Of a stretch of DNA of 64,000 nt, positions 38,112 to 47,515 are shown in pieces. The notes beneath the pieces were generated by a model. It ran no database searches. It saw nothing but the letters and a program-made list of their open reading frames with translations, and was not told the DNA's origin. The stretch is from Gemmatimonadota bacterium. Its GTDB lineage: Bacteria > Gemmatimonadota > Gemmatimonadetes > JACCXV01 > JAHWKZ01. The stretch lies in the NCBI GenBank assembly GCA_035687745.1, contig DASRVA010000023.1:12060-76059 (forward strand), given 5' to 3'. The position numbers were made by a program, and so were the translations under genes. Each line of letters opens with the position of its first letter. The first letter of the stretch is position 1.

Positions 38112-39773
38112 ATGGGCGGCCACCGTGTCGCGGGCATCGCCTTGATCACGCTCGGGCTCGTCCTCGCGCTCGGCTCCGGCGCGGCTTCCGCCCAGACCGC
38201 GAGCCGGGACTACGAGGATCTGGTCCGACTCTTCGACGACTGGCGGGCGTTCCAGCGCCCCGCCCAGGTCGACGGCGTCCCCGACTACACGGCGGAAGCG
38301 ATGGCGGCCCAGCACGCGCGCCTGGCCGACTATCGGCGCCGGCTCGCGGCGATCGACCCGGGCGAATGGCCGATCCCGGAGAAGGTCGACTACGAGCTGG
38401 TCCGCGCCGAGATGAACGGCCTCGACTTCGATCACCGGGTGCTCCGTCCCTGGGCGCGGAACCCGGCCTTCTACGTCATGGTCTTTCCGTCTCCGACCGA
38501 CGTTCCTGCGCGCGAAGGGCCGCACGTGGACGGGGTGATCGAGCTGTGGACCTACCCGCTGCCGCTGGCGCCCGATCGATCGGCCGAGCTCGCGGAGCGG
38601 CTAGGCACGATCCCGCCGCTCCTCGACCAGGCCCGGCGGAACCTGACCGGGGACGCCCGCGACCTGTGGATCGCCGGGATCGGATCCATGCAGGGGCAGA
38701 GCGCGACCCTGGCCGAGCTGGCCGACCGGGCCGCCCAGAGCGACGCCCTGCTCGCGGCCGCGGCCCGACGCGCCCGCGAGGCGACCGACGCGTTCGTGGC
38801 CTGGCTCGAGGGGGAGGCCCGGACCCGAAACGGCCCGTCGGGGATCGGCGCCGAGCACTACACCTGGGTCCTCCGGAACGTCCATCTGGTCCCCTACACC
38901 TGGCAGGAGCAGGTGACGATGGTTCGCCGGGAGCTCGTTCGCGCCCATGCCGCGCTCCGGCTCGAGGAGCACCGGAACCGCGATCTCCCACCGCTCGAGC
39001 CGATCGGCGACGCCGCCGACTACGATCGTCGCTTCGGGGCGGCCGTCGACGAGTACATGGCGTTCCTGGAGGAGGAGGAGGTCGTTTCGATCCGGCCCTA
39101 TCTCGAGCCCGCGCTCCGCGCCCGTGTCGGCCGCTTCGCCCCCGCCGACGGCCCACGCGAGTTCTTCGCCGAGGTCGACTACCGCGAGCCGCTCATCATG
39201 CGAACCCACGGCTACCACTGGTTCGATCTCGCTCGGATGGCCGAGGAGCCGCATTCCAGCCCGATCCGGCAGGGGCCCCTCCTCTACAACATCTTCGACG
39301 GCCGGGCCGAGGGCCTGGCGACCGGTATGGAGGAGATGATGATGCACGCCGGGCTTCTCGACGGCCGGCCTCGCGCCCGGGAGCTCGTCTGGGTCCTACT
39401 GGCGCAGCGCGCCGCGCGGGCTCTGGCCTCGCTCAGGATGCACGCCGGGGAGCTGACCTTCGACGAGGCGGTCGCGTTCACGTCGGAGTGGACACCGCGA
39501 GGCTGGCTACGGGAGGACGGCGAGACCGGCCGCTGGGAGCAGCACCTCTACCTCCAGCAGCCCGGCTACGGGACGAGCTATGTCGTCGGCAAGATCGAGT
39601 TCGAGGAGCTCCTCGCCGAGCGCGCGCGCCAGCTCGGAGCCGACTTCACGCTGCGGGGGTTCATGGACGAGGTCGATCGGGCCGGGCTGATCCCGGTCTC
39701 TCTCATCCGCTGGGAGCTGACGGGCGACGCGACTCGGGTCGAAGGGATGACCGTGGGCGCTTCGGCTCCCTGA
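38112..39773 (+). CDS. DUF885 family secreted protein
   Basis: Signal peptide. Length and motifs typical of DUF885. Confidence 0.8.
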   Translation: MGGHRVAGIALITLGLVLALGSGAASAQTASRDYEDLVRLFDDWRAFQRPAQVDGVPDYTAEAMAAQHARLADYRRRLAAIDPGEWPIPEKVDYELVRAEMNGLDFDHRVLRPWARNPAFYVMVFPSPTDVPAREGPHVDGVIELWTYPLPLAPDRSAELAERLGTIPPLLDQARRNLTGDARDLWIAGIGSMQGQSATLAELADRAAQSDALLAAAARRAREATDAFVAWLEGEARTRNGPSGIGAEHYTWVLRNVHLVPYTWQEQVTMVRRELVRAHAALRLEEHRNRDLPPLEPIGDAADYDRRFGAAVDEYMAFLEEEEVVSIRPYLEPALRARVGRFAPADGPREFFAEVDYREPLIMRTHGYHWFDLARMAEEPHSSPIRQGPLLYNIFDGRAEGLATGMEEMMMHAGLLDGRPRARELVWVLLAQRAARALASLRMHAGELTFDEAVAFTSEWTPRGWLREDGETGRWEQHLYLQQPGYGTSYVVGKIEFEELLAERARQLGADFTLRGFMDEVDRAGLIPVSLIRWELTGDATRVEGMTVGASAP

Positions 39774-39794
39774 GGACACACGAGGTGGCGGAGC

Positions 39795-40091
39795 CTAGTC
39801 GGGCCGCTCGGCGTGGATCGAGGGCTCGCCCAGGTCGTCGTACTCCACCGTGACAGCGTACGTCCGCCCGCACGTCTCGCACTCCTCGGCGAACTCCTGG
39901 ACGGGGCGGCCGGGGTCGGGCTCGAGGAACAGGTCGTTCTCCTCGCCGCAGTAGGGGCACGGGAAGGTCGAGTCCCCGGTGGTGCGCCCCGGGGGGATCG
40001 GCGCCGGGTGTCCGAGTTCGTCGTCCTGCACCTCGTCCACCAGGTCACGGGGCTCGGGATCGTCGTCGTAAAGGTCTCTGGGATCGGTCAT
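39795..40091 (-). CDS. CPXCG-motif cysteine-rich small protein
   Basis: CPYCGEEN...CETCG motif. ATG at 40091 (MTDPRDLYDD). Confidence 0.65.
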   Translation of the reverse strand: MTDPRDLYDDDPEPRDLVDEVQDDELGHPAPIPPGRTTGDSTFPCPYCGEENDLFLEPDPGRPVQEFAEECETCGRTYAVTVEYDDLGEPSIHAERPD

Positions 40092-40239
40092 GGCGATTCC
40101 TCCTCTCGAAGGTGCTATCCCCACCGCCCGGCCTGGGTTCCGGTGCGGTCGCCCGCCGTGTGCCGGTTGCCCCACCAGGGAGGGGCCCGTATCTTCAGGA
40201 TCTCGTTGGCGTGCCGCTAGATGCGGGCGCGCTGCGCAC

Positions 40240-40315
40240 TCCCCGGTAGCTCAGTTGGTAGAGCAGGTGGCTGTTAACCACCGTGTCGCTGGTTCGAGTC
40301 CGGCCCGGGGAGCCA
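40240..40315 (+). tRNA. tRNA-Asn (anticodon GTT), CCA encoded
   Basis: Cloverleaf folded by hand: acceptor TCCCCGG/CCGGGGA, anticodon stem GGTGG/CCACC with loop CTGTTAA, T-arm GCTGG-TTCGAGT-CCGGC, 3' GCCA. Followed by TTCTTCTTTTTC. Confidence 0.9.
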
Positions 40316-40432
40316 TTCTTCTTTTTCGATCACCAGATCATGAGGACGCGGTCGACGGTCGCCCCGCGAGACGGACTCGCGGGGCTTCGCTTCGAACGCC
40401 GTCTGGCGCAGGCAGGCAGGCCATCGTGGAGC

Positions 40433-40461
40433 TTGACGGCCGGTCTTCGACGTGGTATATA
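40433..40461 (+). promoter_or_regulatory. Sigma70-like promoter giving a near-leaderless ArsR transcript
   Basis: -35 TTGACG, 17-nt spacer, -10 TATATA ending 11 nt before the ATG at 40473. Confidence 0.45.
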
Positions 40462-40472
40462 ACTAATCGTTT

Positions 40473-40934
40473 ATGCAACCGAGACGTTATAAAGGCAAGC
40501 CCGCCTCGTCCCGGCGAGGACGCCGGCCACGAGCCGATCGCCTCGACGCGACGTTCGCGGCGCTCGCCGACCCCACGCGGCGGGCGATCCTGGCCAGGCT
40601 CGCCTCGGGAGAGGCGTCGGTGACGGAGCTCGCCCGGCCGTTCGCGATGACCCAGCCGGCGATTTCCAAGCACCTCAAAGTGCTGGAGCGGGCGGGGCTG
40701 GTTTCGCGCGGCAAGGACGCGCAGCGGCGGCCCCGCCGGCTCGAGGCAAGGCCGCTCGCCGAGGCCACCGAATGGCTGGAGGGGTACCGCCGATTCTGGG
40801 AGGGCCGGTTCCAGCGCCTCGACGCCCTCCTCGACGAGCTGAAGGCCGTTCAGAAGGAACTTGGAACGCGCGAAATGAAAAACAGGTCACCCGTGAACAG
40901 AAACCCCATCCCGAAGGGCAGGAGCCACGCATGA
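40473..40934 (+). CDS. ArsR/SmtB-family transcriptional regulator
   Basis: HTH LADPTRRAILARLASGEASVTELARPFAMTQPAISKHLKVLERAGLV. Confidence 0.8.
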   Translation: MQPRRYKGKPASSRRGRRPRADRLDATFAALADPTRRAILARLASGEASVTELARPFAMTQPAISKHLKVLERAGLVSRGKDAQRRPRRLEARPLAEATEWLEGYRRFWEGRFQRLDALLDELKAVQKELGTREMKNRSPVNRNPIPKGRSHA

Positions 40935-41305
40935 AGCCGAGAGCGGTGGACTTCGTCTCGTACAGCGTGACCGACATGGACCGATCCGAGGCATTCTATC
41001 GGGACGTGCTCGGGCTGGACGTGGAGGTCGCGCGCGGAAAGCCGGGCACCCGCGCCGCCGGCTACATGGAGCTCGACGCCGGCGGGACGGCGATCTCGCT
41101 CACCGTCCTGCCTCACCTCCATCCGAACGCGATCGTGGCGCTGGCGGTGGAAGACGTGCACGCCGCGGTGGAGGAGCTGCGCGGCAAGGGCGTTCCGATC
41201 TCGATGGAGCCGCTCGAGGCCCCCGGCTGTTTCATGGCGGTCGTGGCGGACCCGGACGGCAACCAGATTTTGATCCACCAGCGGAAGGACGGTTCGTTCG
41301 GCTAA
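40931..41305 (+). CDS. VOC/glyoxalase-family protein
   Basis: ATGA overlap with arsR. Glyoxalase fold motifs. Confidence 0.8.
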   Translation: MKPRAVDFVSYSVTDMDRSEAFYRDVLGLDVEVARGKPGTRAAGYMELDAGGTAISLTVLPHLHPNAIVALAVEDVHAAVEELRGKGVPISMEPLEAPGCFMAVVADPDGNQILIHQRKDGSFG

Positions 41306-41366
41306 GACCGGAGTCCCCGTCCGGAGACGGCGTGGTTGGCATGATGCGCGAACGAGGAGAGGGACG

Positions 41367-41882
41367 ATGAGGAGCTCGGAGACTCTGGTCGTGACGACGC
41401 CTACCGACCGCGAGATCAGGATGACGCGCGTCTTCGACGCTCCACGCAGCCTGGTCTTCGACGCGATGACCAAGCCCGAGCTGCTCAGGCGCTGGTTTTT
41501 CGGGCCGGACGGCTGGTCGCTCGCGGTCTGCGAAATCGATCCGAAGGTGGGCGGCAAGTATCGCTACGTGTGGCGACGCGACTCGGACGGAACAGAAATG
41601 GGGATGAGCGGCGTCATTCTTGAAATAGTTCCGCCGGAGCGGTTCGTCGGAACCGAGAGGTTCGACGAGTCGTGGTACCCCGGTGAGGCGGTGGGTACGA
41701 TCGTTCTGATCGAGAAGGACGGCAGGACCACGCTCACGAACACGATCCGGTACGAATCGAAGGAGGCTCGGGACGCGGTTCTCCGGTCGCCCGCCAAGGA
41801 CGGCATGGAGGTCGGTTACGACCGGCTGGCCTCGGTGCTGGCATCGCTCCAAGCTGGTCGAAGCTCGCACGACGAAAACTGA
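41367..41882 (+). CDS. SRPBCC (Aha1/AHSA1-like) domain protein
   Basis: Typical AHSA1 bacterial homolog (RSLVFDAMTKPELLRRWF). Confidence 0.8.
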   Translation: MRSSETLVVTTPTDREIRMTRVFDAPRSLVFDAMTKPELLRRWFFGPDGWSLAVCEIDPKVGGKYRYVWRRDSDGTEMGMSGVILEIVPPERFVGTERFDESWYPGEAVGTIVLIEKDGRTTLTNTIRYESKEARDAVLRSPAKDGMEVGYDRLASVLASLQAGRSSHDEN

Positions 41883-41947
41883 GCCGCGACGGCACGAGGC
41901 ACGCACGGTGGCCGCCTCCGGGGATGATCCGGAGCGCGTGACCCGCC

Positions 41948-43243
41948 TTACGCCTCCCGCAGATAACCCCAGTTGTGCAGCCGGTCGTGGTCCTCGAACC
42001 AGCGGTCGCCGATGTCGGTCCGGTAGTACATGTTGGGGATCATGATGTTGCCTATCCGGTTATAGGCCTGCGCCTGGGCCCGGCGCATGGTCTGCCCCAT
42101 TCCGACCACGATCAGCACGACCCCCGATGTGCCGGTAATCACCCACTCACCGTTGACCAGCTTCACGTCCTCGATGTGGACGCCCGCGGTGTCCGGCTTC
42201 CGGAAGATGAGGACGCGCTCCTCCGAGTTGGCCTCGAAGGTCTTGGGATCGTCGAAGGGGAAGGGCGGCACCACGATCCGGACCCCGACCTGGAACCCGG
42301 ACCGCGCCTTGAGCTCGAGCTTCTCGCCGCGCGCCATCGCGGCCAGCAGCTCCCCCATCGGGGTCGTCAGCCCCTCCTGCTGGATCGAGATCGTGGGGTA
42401 GCCGAAGCGCGCCGTGAACTCGAGCGGATAGATGCCCTGCGAATTCACGATGCAGTTCAGGTCGATGTACCCGACGTACCCCTCCTCGCGGAGCTTGTCC
42501 TCCATCTTCTTCAGCGTCTGATTGAAGATCCGGTTCGGCTGGCTCCAGTACATCGCCGTTCCCATCTCGCCGGTCGACGGGCCGATGTTCCCGGGAAAGA
42601 GCTTCTTGTGCTCGAAGTTGACGTTGATCGGCGTCAGGAACTCGCTCCCGTTGAAGAACGCGCCGACCGCGATCTCGACGCCGGTCCGGCGCTGCTGGAG
42701 CTGGAAGGTGCGGACCCGGTCGGCGTAGACCTTCTTGTACGACTCGAGCACGTGGATGACGTCCGTGCCGTCCTCGTCCTCGCCGACGAACAGGAGCCGC
42801 TTGATGTTCTGGGCCTCGCCGCTCGGCTTGATCACGTACCGCACCGGGTTGGCCTTCACGTAGGCGATCGCCTCGTCGAAGGAGGAATACTCCTCGAAGG
42901 GAATGATCGGGATCCCGAAACTGCGGAGCTCGTTCTGCCCGAAGGCGCGGTCGTCCTCCAGCCTGTCGGTGTACGGCGTCCCCCCGACGACCGCCTTGCC
43001 CGTCTTGCGAAGGCGATGGGCGTCTTCCCCCATCCCCAGCACGTCGTCGAAGACGACGACGTCGGCCCATTCCGCGTCCGCCTTCCAGTCGGTGGACTTG
43101 GGCACGAAGCCGTCCCCGATCGACCGCGCCGCCTTCTTCTTGATGTAGTAGCGGACTTCGTGCCCCTCCTTGACCACCTGCCAGGCAATGTCGGTGATCA
43201 GGGCGTCGAAGGACACGAACAGGAAACGGGTCTTGTCGCTCAT
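41948..43243 (-). CDS. PurD (phosphoribosylamine-glycine ligase)-like ATP-grasp protein
   Basis: ATP-grasp motifs (VIKPSGEAQ, GPSTGEMGT, PLEFTARFGYP) resembling GARS. ATG at 43243 with GGAAGG SD. The pur context is absent. Confidence 0.7.
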   Translation of the reverse strand: MSDKTRFLFVSFDALITDIAWQVVKEGHEVRYYIKKKAARSIGDGFVPKSTDWKADAEWADVVVFDDVLGMGEDAHRLRKTGKAVVGGTPYTDRLEDDRAFGQNELRSFGIPIIPFEEYSSFDEAIAYVKANPVRYVIKPSGEAQNIKRLLFVGEDEDGTDVIHVLESYKKVYADRVRTFQLQQRRTGVEIAVGAFFNGSEFLTPINVNFEHKKLFPGNIGPSTGEMGTAMYWSQPNRIFNQTLKKMEDKLREEGYVGYIDLNCIVNSQGIYPLEFTARFGYPTISIQQEGLTTPMGELLAAMARGEKLELKARSGFQVGVRIVVPPFPFDDPKTFEANSEERVLIFRKPDTAGVHIEDVKLVNGEWVITGTSGVVLIVVGMGQTMRRAQAQAYNRIGNIMIPNMYYRTDIGDRWFEDHDRLHNWGYLREA

Positions 43244-43335
43244 GCCGCCTTCCGTACGGGATTCGGAACCTCCGCTCGCCTGCGCATGAAGGAGCCGGCG
43301 CCGGCGCCGGGCCAAACCTACTACAATGAGGCATC

Positions 43336-44232
43336 ATGATGCCGAACTTCCTGGTCATCGGCGCGGCCCGGTCTGGCACGACGTCGCTCCATCATTATCT
43401 GGGGTCGCATCCCGAGATCTACATGAGCCCGCTGAAGGAGCCGAACTTCTTCGCCTTCGAGGGTGGGCGGTTCGATCTCGAGCATGATGCGCCCGGCTGG
43501 CAGAACTGGTCCCGATACTCCACTTCCGATCTGGACGACTACCGCGCCCTCTTCCGCGACGTCAAGAACGAGAAGGCGATCGGCGAGGTCAGCCCGAGCT
43601 ACATGCGGAGTCCCGAAGCGGCCGAGCGTATCCGGCGGGCGATCCCGGACGCCCGCCTGGTCGCCATTCTGCGCGACCCCTCCGCCCGTGCGTACGCGAA
43701 CTACATGGGCCGCCTGCGAGACGGGACGGAGCGCAACCCGGATCCCCGCGACGCGCTCGGCGGCGCGCTGAATGGCCGCGGCCCCGGCTGGCGGAGGAAG
43801 CTCTACGTCGACGTCGGTTTCTACCACGAACGCCTGCGACCCTTCTACGAGCGGTTCGACCGGGATCAGATCCGAGTCGTCCTGTTCGACGACTTCGTCG
43901 GGGACGCCCAGGCCGTTTTGCGTGACCTGTTCTCCTTCCTGGGCGTGGATCCGGGATTCGTGCCCGATACGTCGATCGCCTACAACTCGTCGGGGACGGT
44001 CCGGAATCCCTTGCTCCGCCTCGCCTGGACGCACTCGCATGCGATCCGCCCCCGGATTCAGCCCTGGCTGCCACGCTCCATCCGCGAGGCAGGCTGGGCG
44101 TTCGTCCAGGGGAACCTCGCGCGGCCGCCCCTCCCCGAGGACCTCAGGGCCGCGCTGGTCGAGCTGTATCGTCCCGACATCCTCGCGCTGGAGAAGCAGC
44201 TCGGACGGGATCTCTCCGCCTGGCGGCGCTGA
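43336..44232 (+). CDS. Sulfotransferase family protein
   Basis: 5'-PSB loop GAARSGTTSL and 3'-PB RDP motif. Confidence 0.8.
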   Translation: MMPNFLVIGAARSGTTSLHHYLGSHPEIYMSPLKEPNFFAFEGGRFDLEHDAPGWQNWSRYSTSDLDDYRALFRDVKNEKAIGEVSPSYMRSPEAAERIRRAIPDARLVAILRDPSARAYANYMGRLRDGTERNPDPRDALGGALNGRGPGWRRKLYVDVGFYHERLRPFYERFDRDQIRVVLFDDFVGDAQAVLRDLFSFLGVDPGFVPDTSIAYNSSGTVRNPLLRLAWTHSHAIRPRIQPWLPRSIREAGWAFVQGNLARPPLPEDLRAALVELYRPDILALEKQLGRDLSAWRR

Positions 44233-44280
44233 CCTCCGCGCGGGGGCCGGCGGGCCGACCGGCGGTTAGCTTCGGGTCGC

Positions 44281-44784
44281 GTGGAGACGCCCGCTCTCGC
44301 CGCCCTCCTCGTCCTGCTCATGATCCCCTGCCTGTTCCTGATCCCGCTGGGTCTTCCGGGCACGTGGATCATGCTCGGCCTCCTCGGGCTGGCCGTCTGG
44401 TCGGGAGAGGTGGCGTGGTGGCTCTGGCTCGTCCTGATTCTGGTGGCGGGAGCGGCCGAGGTCGCCGAGTTCTTCATCGTGCGCCACGCGAACCGGGCCT
44501 ACGGGGGATCGCGCCGGGCCTTCTGGGGGGCGATTGCGGGCGGCGCGCTCGGGGTCTTCCTCGGCGTCCCGTTCCCGGTGCCGGTCGTCGGCTCGCTGGT
44601 CGGCGGCCTGGTCGGGACGTTCGCCGGCGCCGCTCTCGTCACCTACCGGGAGACGCGGCGGGTCAGGTCGGCCGGCCGTGTCGCGTGGGGCACCCTGATC
44701 GGGCGAGCCTTCGCGGCCGCCGCCAAGACCGCGGCCGGCGTCGTCGTCCTGGTCGTCGGCGCAGCCTCGCTGGTCCTTCGATGA
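44281..44784 (+). CDS. DUF456 family membrane protein
   Basis: GLPGTW motif and four predicted TM helices. Non-ATG start. Confidence 0.7.
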   Translation: METPALAALLVLLMIPCLFLIPLGLPGTWIMLGLLGLAVWSGEVAWWLWLVLILVAGAAEVAEFFIVRHANRAYGGSRRAFWGAIAGGALGVFLGVPFPVPVVGSLVGGLVGTFAGAALVTYRETRRVRSAGRVAWGTLIGRAFAAAAKTAAGVVVLVVGAASLVLR

Positions 44785-45434
44785 GGATCGACGCCGTCGT
44801 CTTCGATCTGGACGGCACCCTGGCCGACACGCTGGAGGACATCGCCGCGGCGATGAACTACGCGCTCGACCGGCACGGGTTGCCGGAGCGTCCCGCCGAC
44901 GAGTACCGCGACCTGGTCGGCGAGGGCGTCCGGCGGCTGGTCGAGCGGGCGCTGCCGCCGGACCGGCCCGATCTGCGCGAGCCGGTCCTGGCCGACCTCG
45001 GGCTCCACTACGTCGAGCACATGCTGGATCGGACGCGGCCCTATCCCGGCGTGCCCGAGATGCTGGACGCGCTCGCCATCCCGGCCGCCGTCCTCAGCAA
45101 CAAGCCCCAGGCCGCCACCACGTGGATGGTGGAGCGGCTCTTCCAGGGGCACCGGTTCGCGGCCGTCCACGGCGGCCGGGACGACGTCCCCTTGAAGCCC
45201 GACCCCGCGCCGCTCCTGGCGATCGTCCGCGAGCTCGGGGTCCAGGCCGGCCGGACGGCCTACGTCGGCGACACGCGCACCGACATGGAGACGGCGGTGG
45301 CGGCGGGCGCCGTCCCGGTCGGGGTGGAGTGGGGCTTCCGGGACCGCGTCGAGCTGGTCGAGCACGGCGCCCGGGCCGTCGTCGCGACCCCCGCCGAGCT
45401 GCTCGACCTGCTCGACGGCCGGCACCGCGCGTGA
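44781..45434 (+). CDS. HAD-family hydrolase (phosphoglycolate phosphatase-like)
   Basis: FDLDGTL motif I, SNKP motif II, GDTRTD motif IV. ATGA overlap with the upstream gene. Confidence 0.8.
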   Translation: MRIDAVVFDLDGTLADTLEDIAAAMNYALDRHGLPERPADEYRDLVGEGVRRLVERALPPDRPDLREPVLADLGLHYVEHMLDRTRPYPGVPEMLDALAIPAAVLSNKPQAATTWMVERLFQGHRFAAVHGGRDDVPLKPDPAPLLAIVRELGVQAGRTAYVGDTRTDMETAVAAGAVPVGVEWGFRDRVELVEHGARAVVATPAELLDLLDGRHRA

Positions 45435-46153
45435 GCCCGATCCTGGCCGTCCTCCGCTTCCGGCGGGTCGAGGACCCCGAGCGCGGCCGGCCGCGGCCGC
45501 CGCACGCGGTCCCGGGACCGGTCTTCGCACGCGCCCTGGCGTGGCTCCTGAGGAACGACTGGACGGTGATCGACGCCGAGCGCCTGATCAGGGGCCTCGA
45601 TGATCCGGACGCGCTTCCCGGGCGATCGGCGCTGGTCACGATCGACGGGCCCTACCGTTCGCTCATCCGGGACGCGCTGCCGACCCTCCGCGCGCACGCG
45701 CTGCCGGCCGTGCTCTTCGTCCCCGTCCACTTCATCGGCCGGGAAGCCGCGCTCGAGCCATCGACGCTGCCGGCTCCTGTCTGCACGCTGAACGACCTCC
45801 GCTACCTGGAGAAGCAGGGGGTGTCGGTCCAATCCCTGGGCGTGACAGGCCGGAGCTTCGATGCGCTCTCCGAGACCGAGCGCGAGTGGGAGGCGATGCG
45901 GTCGCGGCAGGCCCTGGAAGCCGCGCTCCAGGTGCCGATCGAGCTGTTCGCCTTCCCGCGCGGCGACCCCGGCCCGGAGCCGGTCACGACCGGGCGGATG
46001 ATCCTGCGCTGCGGCTACCGGGCGGCCTTCGCCTGCCGGGGCTCCGCCAACCGTCTTCGCGAGGCCGACCGCTTCCGGCTGGCCCGGGTTACGGTCGGTC
46101 CGACCACCGACCTCTCGGCCGCCCTCGGCGAGCGGGTGACCCGGCTTGCCTGA
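45431..46153 (+). CDS. Polysaccharide deacetylase (NodB-homology) family protein
   Basis: GTG start overlaps the HAD stop (GTGA). NodB-like layout (VTIDGPYRS, HALPAVLFV). Confidence 0.75.
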   Translation: MSPILAVLRFRRVEDPERGRPRPPHAVPGPVFARALAWLLRNDWTVIDAERLIRGLDDPDALPGRSALVTIDGPYRSLIRDALPTLRAHALPAVLFVPVHFIGREAALEPSTLPAPVCTLNDLRYLEKQGVSVQSLGVTGRSFDALSETEREWEAMRSRQALEAALQVPIELFAFPRGDPGPEPVTTGRMILRCGYRAAFACRGSANRLREADRFRLARVTVGPTTDLSAALGERVTRLA

Positions 46154-46967
46154 TCCCGGCCCGCCATGGAGCACGGGAGCGGCTCGCCCCGCGGCGCTCG
46201 TGACCGGCGCCTCGAGCGGGATCGGGCGCGAGCTGGCCGACCTCTTCGCCGCCGACGGCCATGAGCTGGTGCTGGTGGCGCGGCGGGAGGATCGGCTCAG
46301 GGAGACCGCGGCCGATCTCGAAGCCCGCCACGGGGCCCGGGCCCACGTCGTTCCCGCCGACCTGGCCCGGCGGGACGCCGCCGAGCGGATCGGCGACGCC
46401 GTGAACCGGCTGGGCCTCACGATCGACCACCTGGTCAACAACGCCGGCTTCTCGGTCTACGGCCCGTTCGCGGAGACCGACCTGGACGCCGAGCGGGACT
46501 TGATCGCCGTCAACGTGACGGCCGTCACGTCTCTCGCCAAGCGATTCCTTCCGGCCATGGCCGCCCGAGGATCGGGACGGATCCTCAACGTGGCCTCGAC
46601 CGCGGCCTTCCAGCCGGGGCCGCGGATGGCCGTCTACTACGCCAGCAAGGCGTACGTCCTGTCGTTCTCGGTGGCGCTCTCGGTGGAGATGGAGGGAACC
46701 GGAGTGACGGTCACCGCCCTCTGCCCGGGCCCCTCCCCCACGGGGTTCGCCGAGCGCGCGAAGGCCCTGCGGACCCCGCTCTTCAAGACGGATTGGTTTT
46801 CCACGGATGCCCGGGTCGTTGCCCGGGCCGGCTACGAGGGCATGCGTCGCGGGGAGCGGATCGTCGTGCCGGGGGCCATCCACAAGGCCCACGACCTGGC
46901 GGTCCGTCTGGTGCCGCGCTCGTTCGCGGCGCGGATCGTCGCGAGGATCCAGGCTCCAACGGCCTGA
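46146..46967 (+). CDS. SDR-family oxidoreductase
   Basis: TGASSGIGRE NAD-binding motif, NNAG, and YYASKAY catalytic motif. Confidence 0.8.
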   Translation: MPDPGPPWSTGAARPAALVTGASSGIGRELADLFAADGHELVLVARREDRLRETAADLEARHGARAHVVPADLARRDAAERIGDAVNRLGLTIDHLVNNAGFSVYGPFAETDLDAERDLIAVNVTAVTSLAKRFLPAMAARGSGRILNVASTAAFQPGPRMAVYYASKAYVLSFSVALSVEMEGTGVTVTALCPGPSPTGFAERAKALRTPLFKTDWFSTDARVVARAGYEGMRRGERIVVPGAIHKAHDLAVRLVPRSFAARIVARIQAPTA

Positions 46968-46991
46968 TGGGTCTGACGGGCCCGGCGGACG

Positions 46992-47018
46992 CGGCGGCGG
47001 CGGATCCCGCCGCCGCCG
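46992..47018. terminator. GC-only 12-bp hairpin (CGGCGGCGGCGG-atc-CCGCCGCCGCCG) between convergent genes; no U-tract
   Basis: Direct reading. Confidence 0.35.
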
Positions 47019-47033
47019 GCGACGCCGATCGGT

Positions 47034-47309
47034 CTAGGCCTCCTTGAGGTGGCCGTTCACCAGCTTGGTCATCTCGAACATGCTGACCTTGGCCTTGCCG
47101 TTGAAGACCGGCTTCAGGTTCGCGTCCGCGACGATCATGCGCTTGTTGGTCGGATCCTGGAGCTTGTGCTTCTTGATGTAGTCCCAGAGCTTCTTGGTCA
47201 CTTCGGTGCGGGGCTTCGGCTCGGCTCCGACGACCTTGGCCAGCGCGTCGTCGGGGCGCATCGGCTTCATGAAGGCGGGGTTCGGCTTCCGTTTCTTCTG
47301 CTGCGCCAT
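47034..47309 (-). CDS. SWIB/MDM2-domain protein
   Basis: ATG at 47309 (MAQQKKRKPNP...). SWIB core LWDYIKKHKLQDPTNKRMIVADANLKPVF. Confidence 0.75.
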   Translation of the reverse strand: MAQQKKRKPNPAFMKPMRPDDALAKVVGAEPKPRTEVTKKLWDYIKKHKLQDPTNKRMIVADANLKPVFNGKAKVSMFEMTKLVNGHLKEA

Positions 47310-47515
47310 CCTTCGCTCTCCCAGGACGAGGTCAGGGTCGGTGTGACTGGAAACGGTGACGGTGAGGGTGGCGTCCGCGAGCGGACCCGGGGGCAGCGCT
47401 CTGGCCCCCCTCTTCGTAAAACGATCACGGCCCGCGCGCAAGAGCCACGGCCCGGGCCGAATCTAACACCCCGGCTCCCCCGGGCGAGCCCCGGGCAATA
47501 GGTTGGCCGTTCTCG

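Noticed and set aside
40240-40315. tRNA-Asn as an integration site for a genomic island
   Set aside because: No integrase, recombinase or tRNA 3'-end direct repeat was found nearby.
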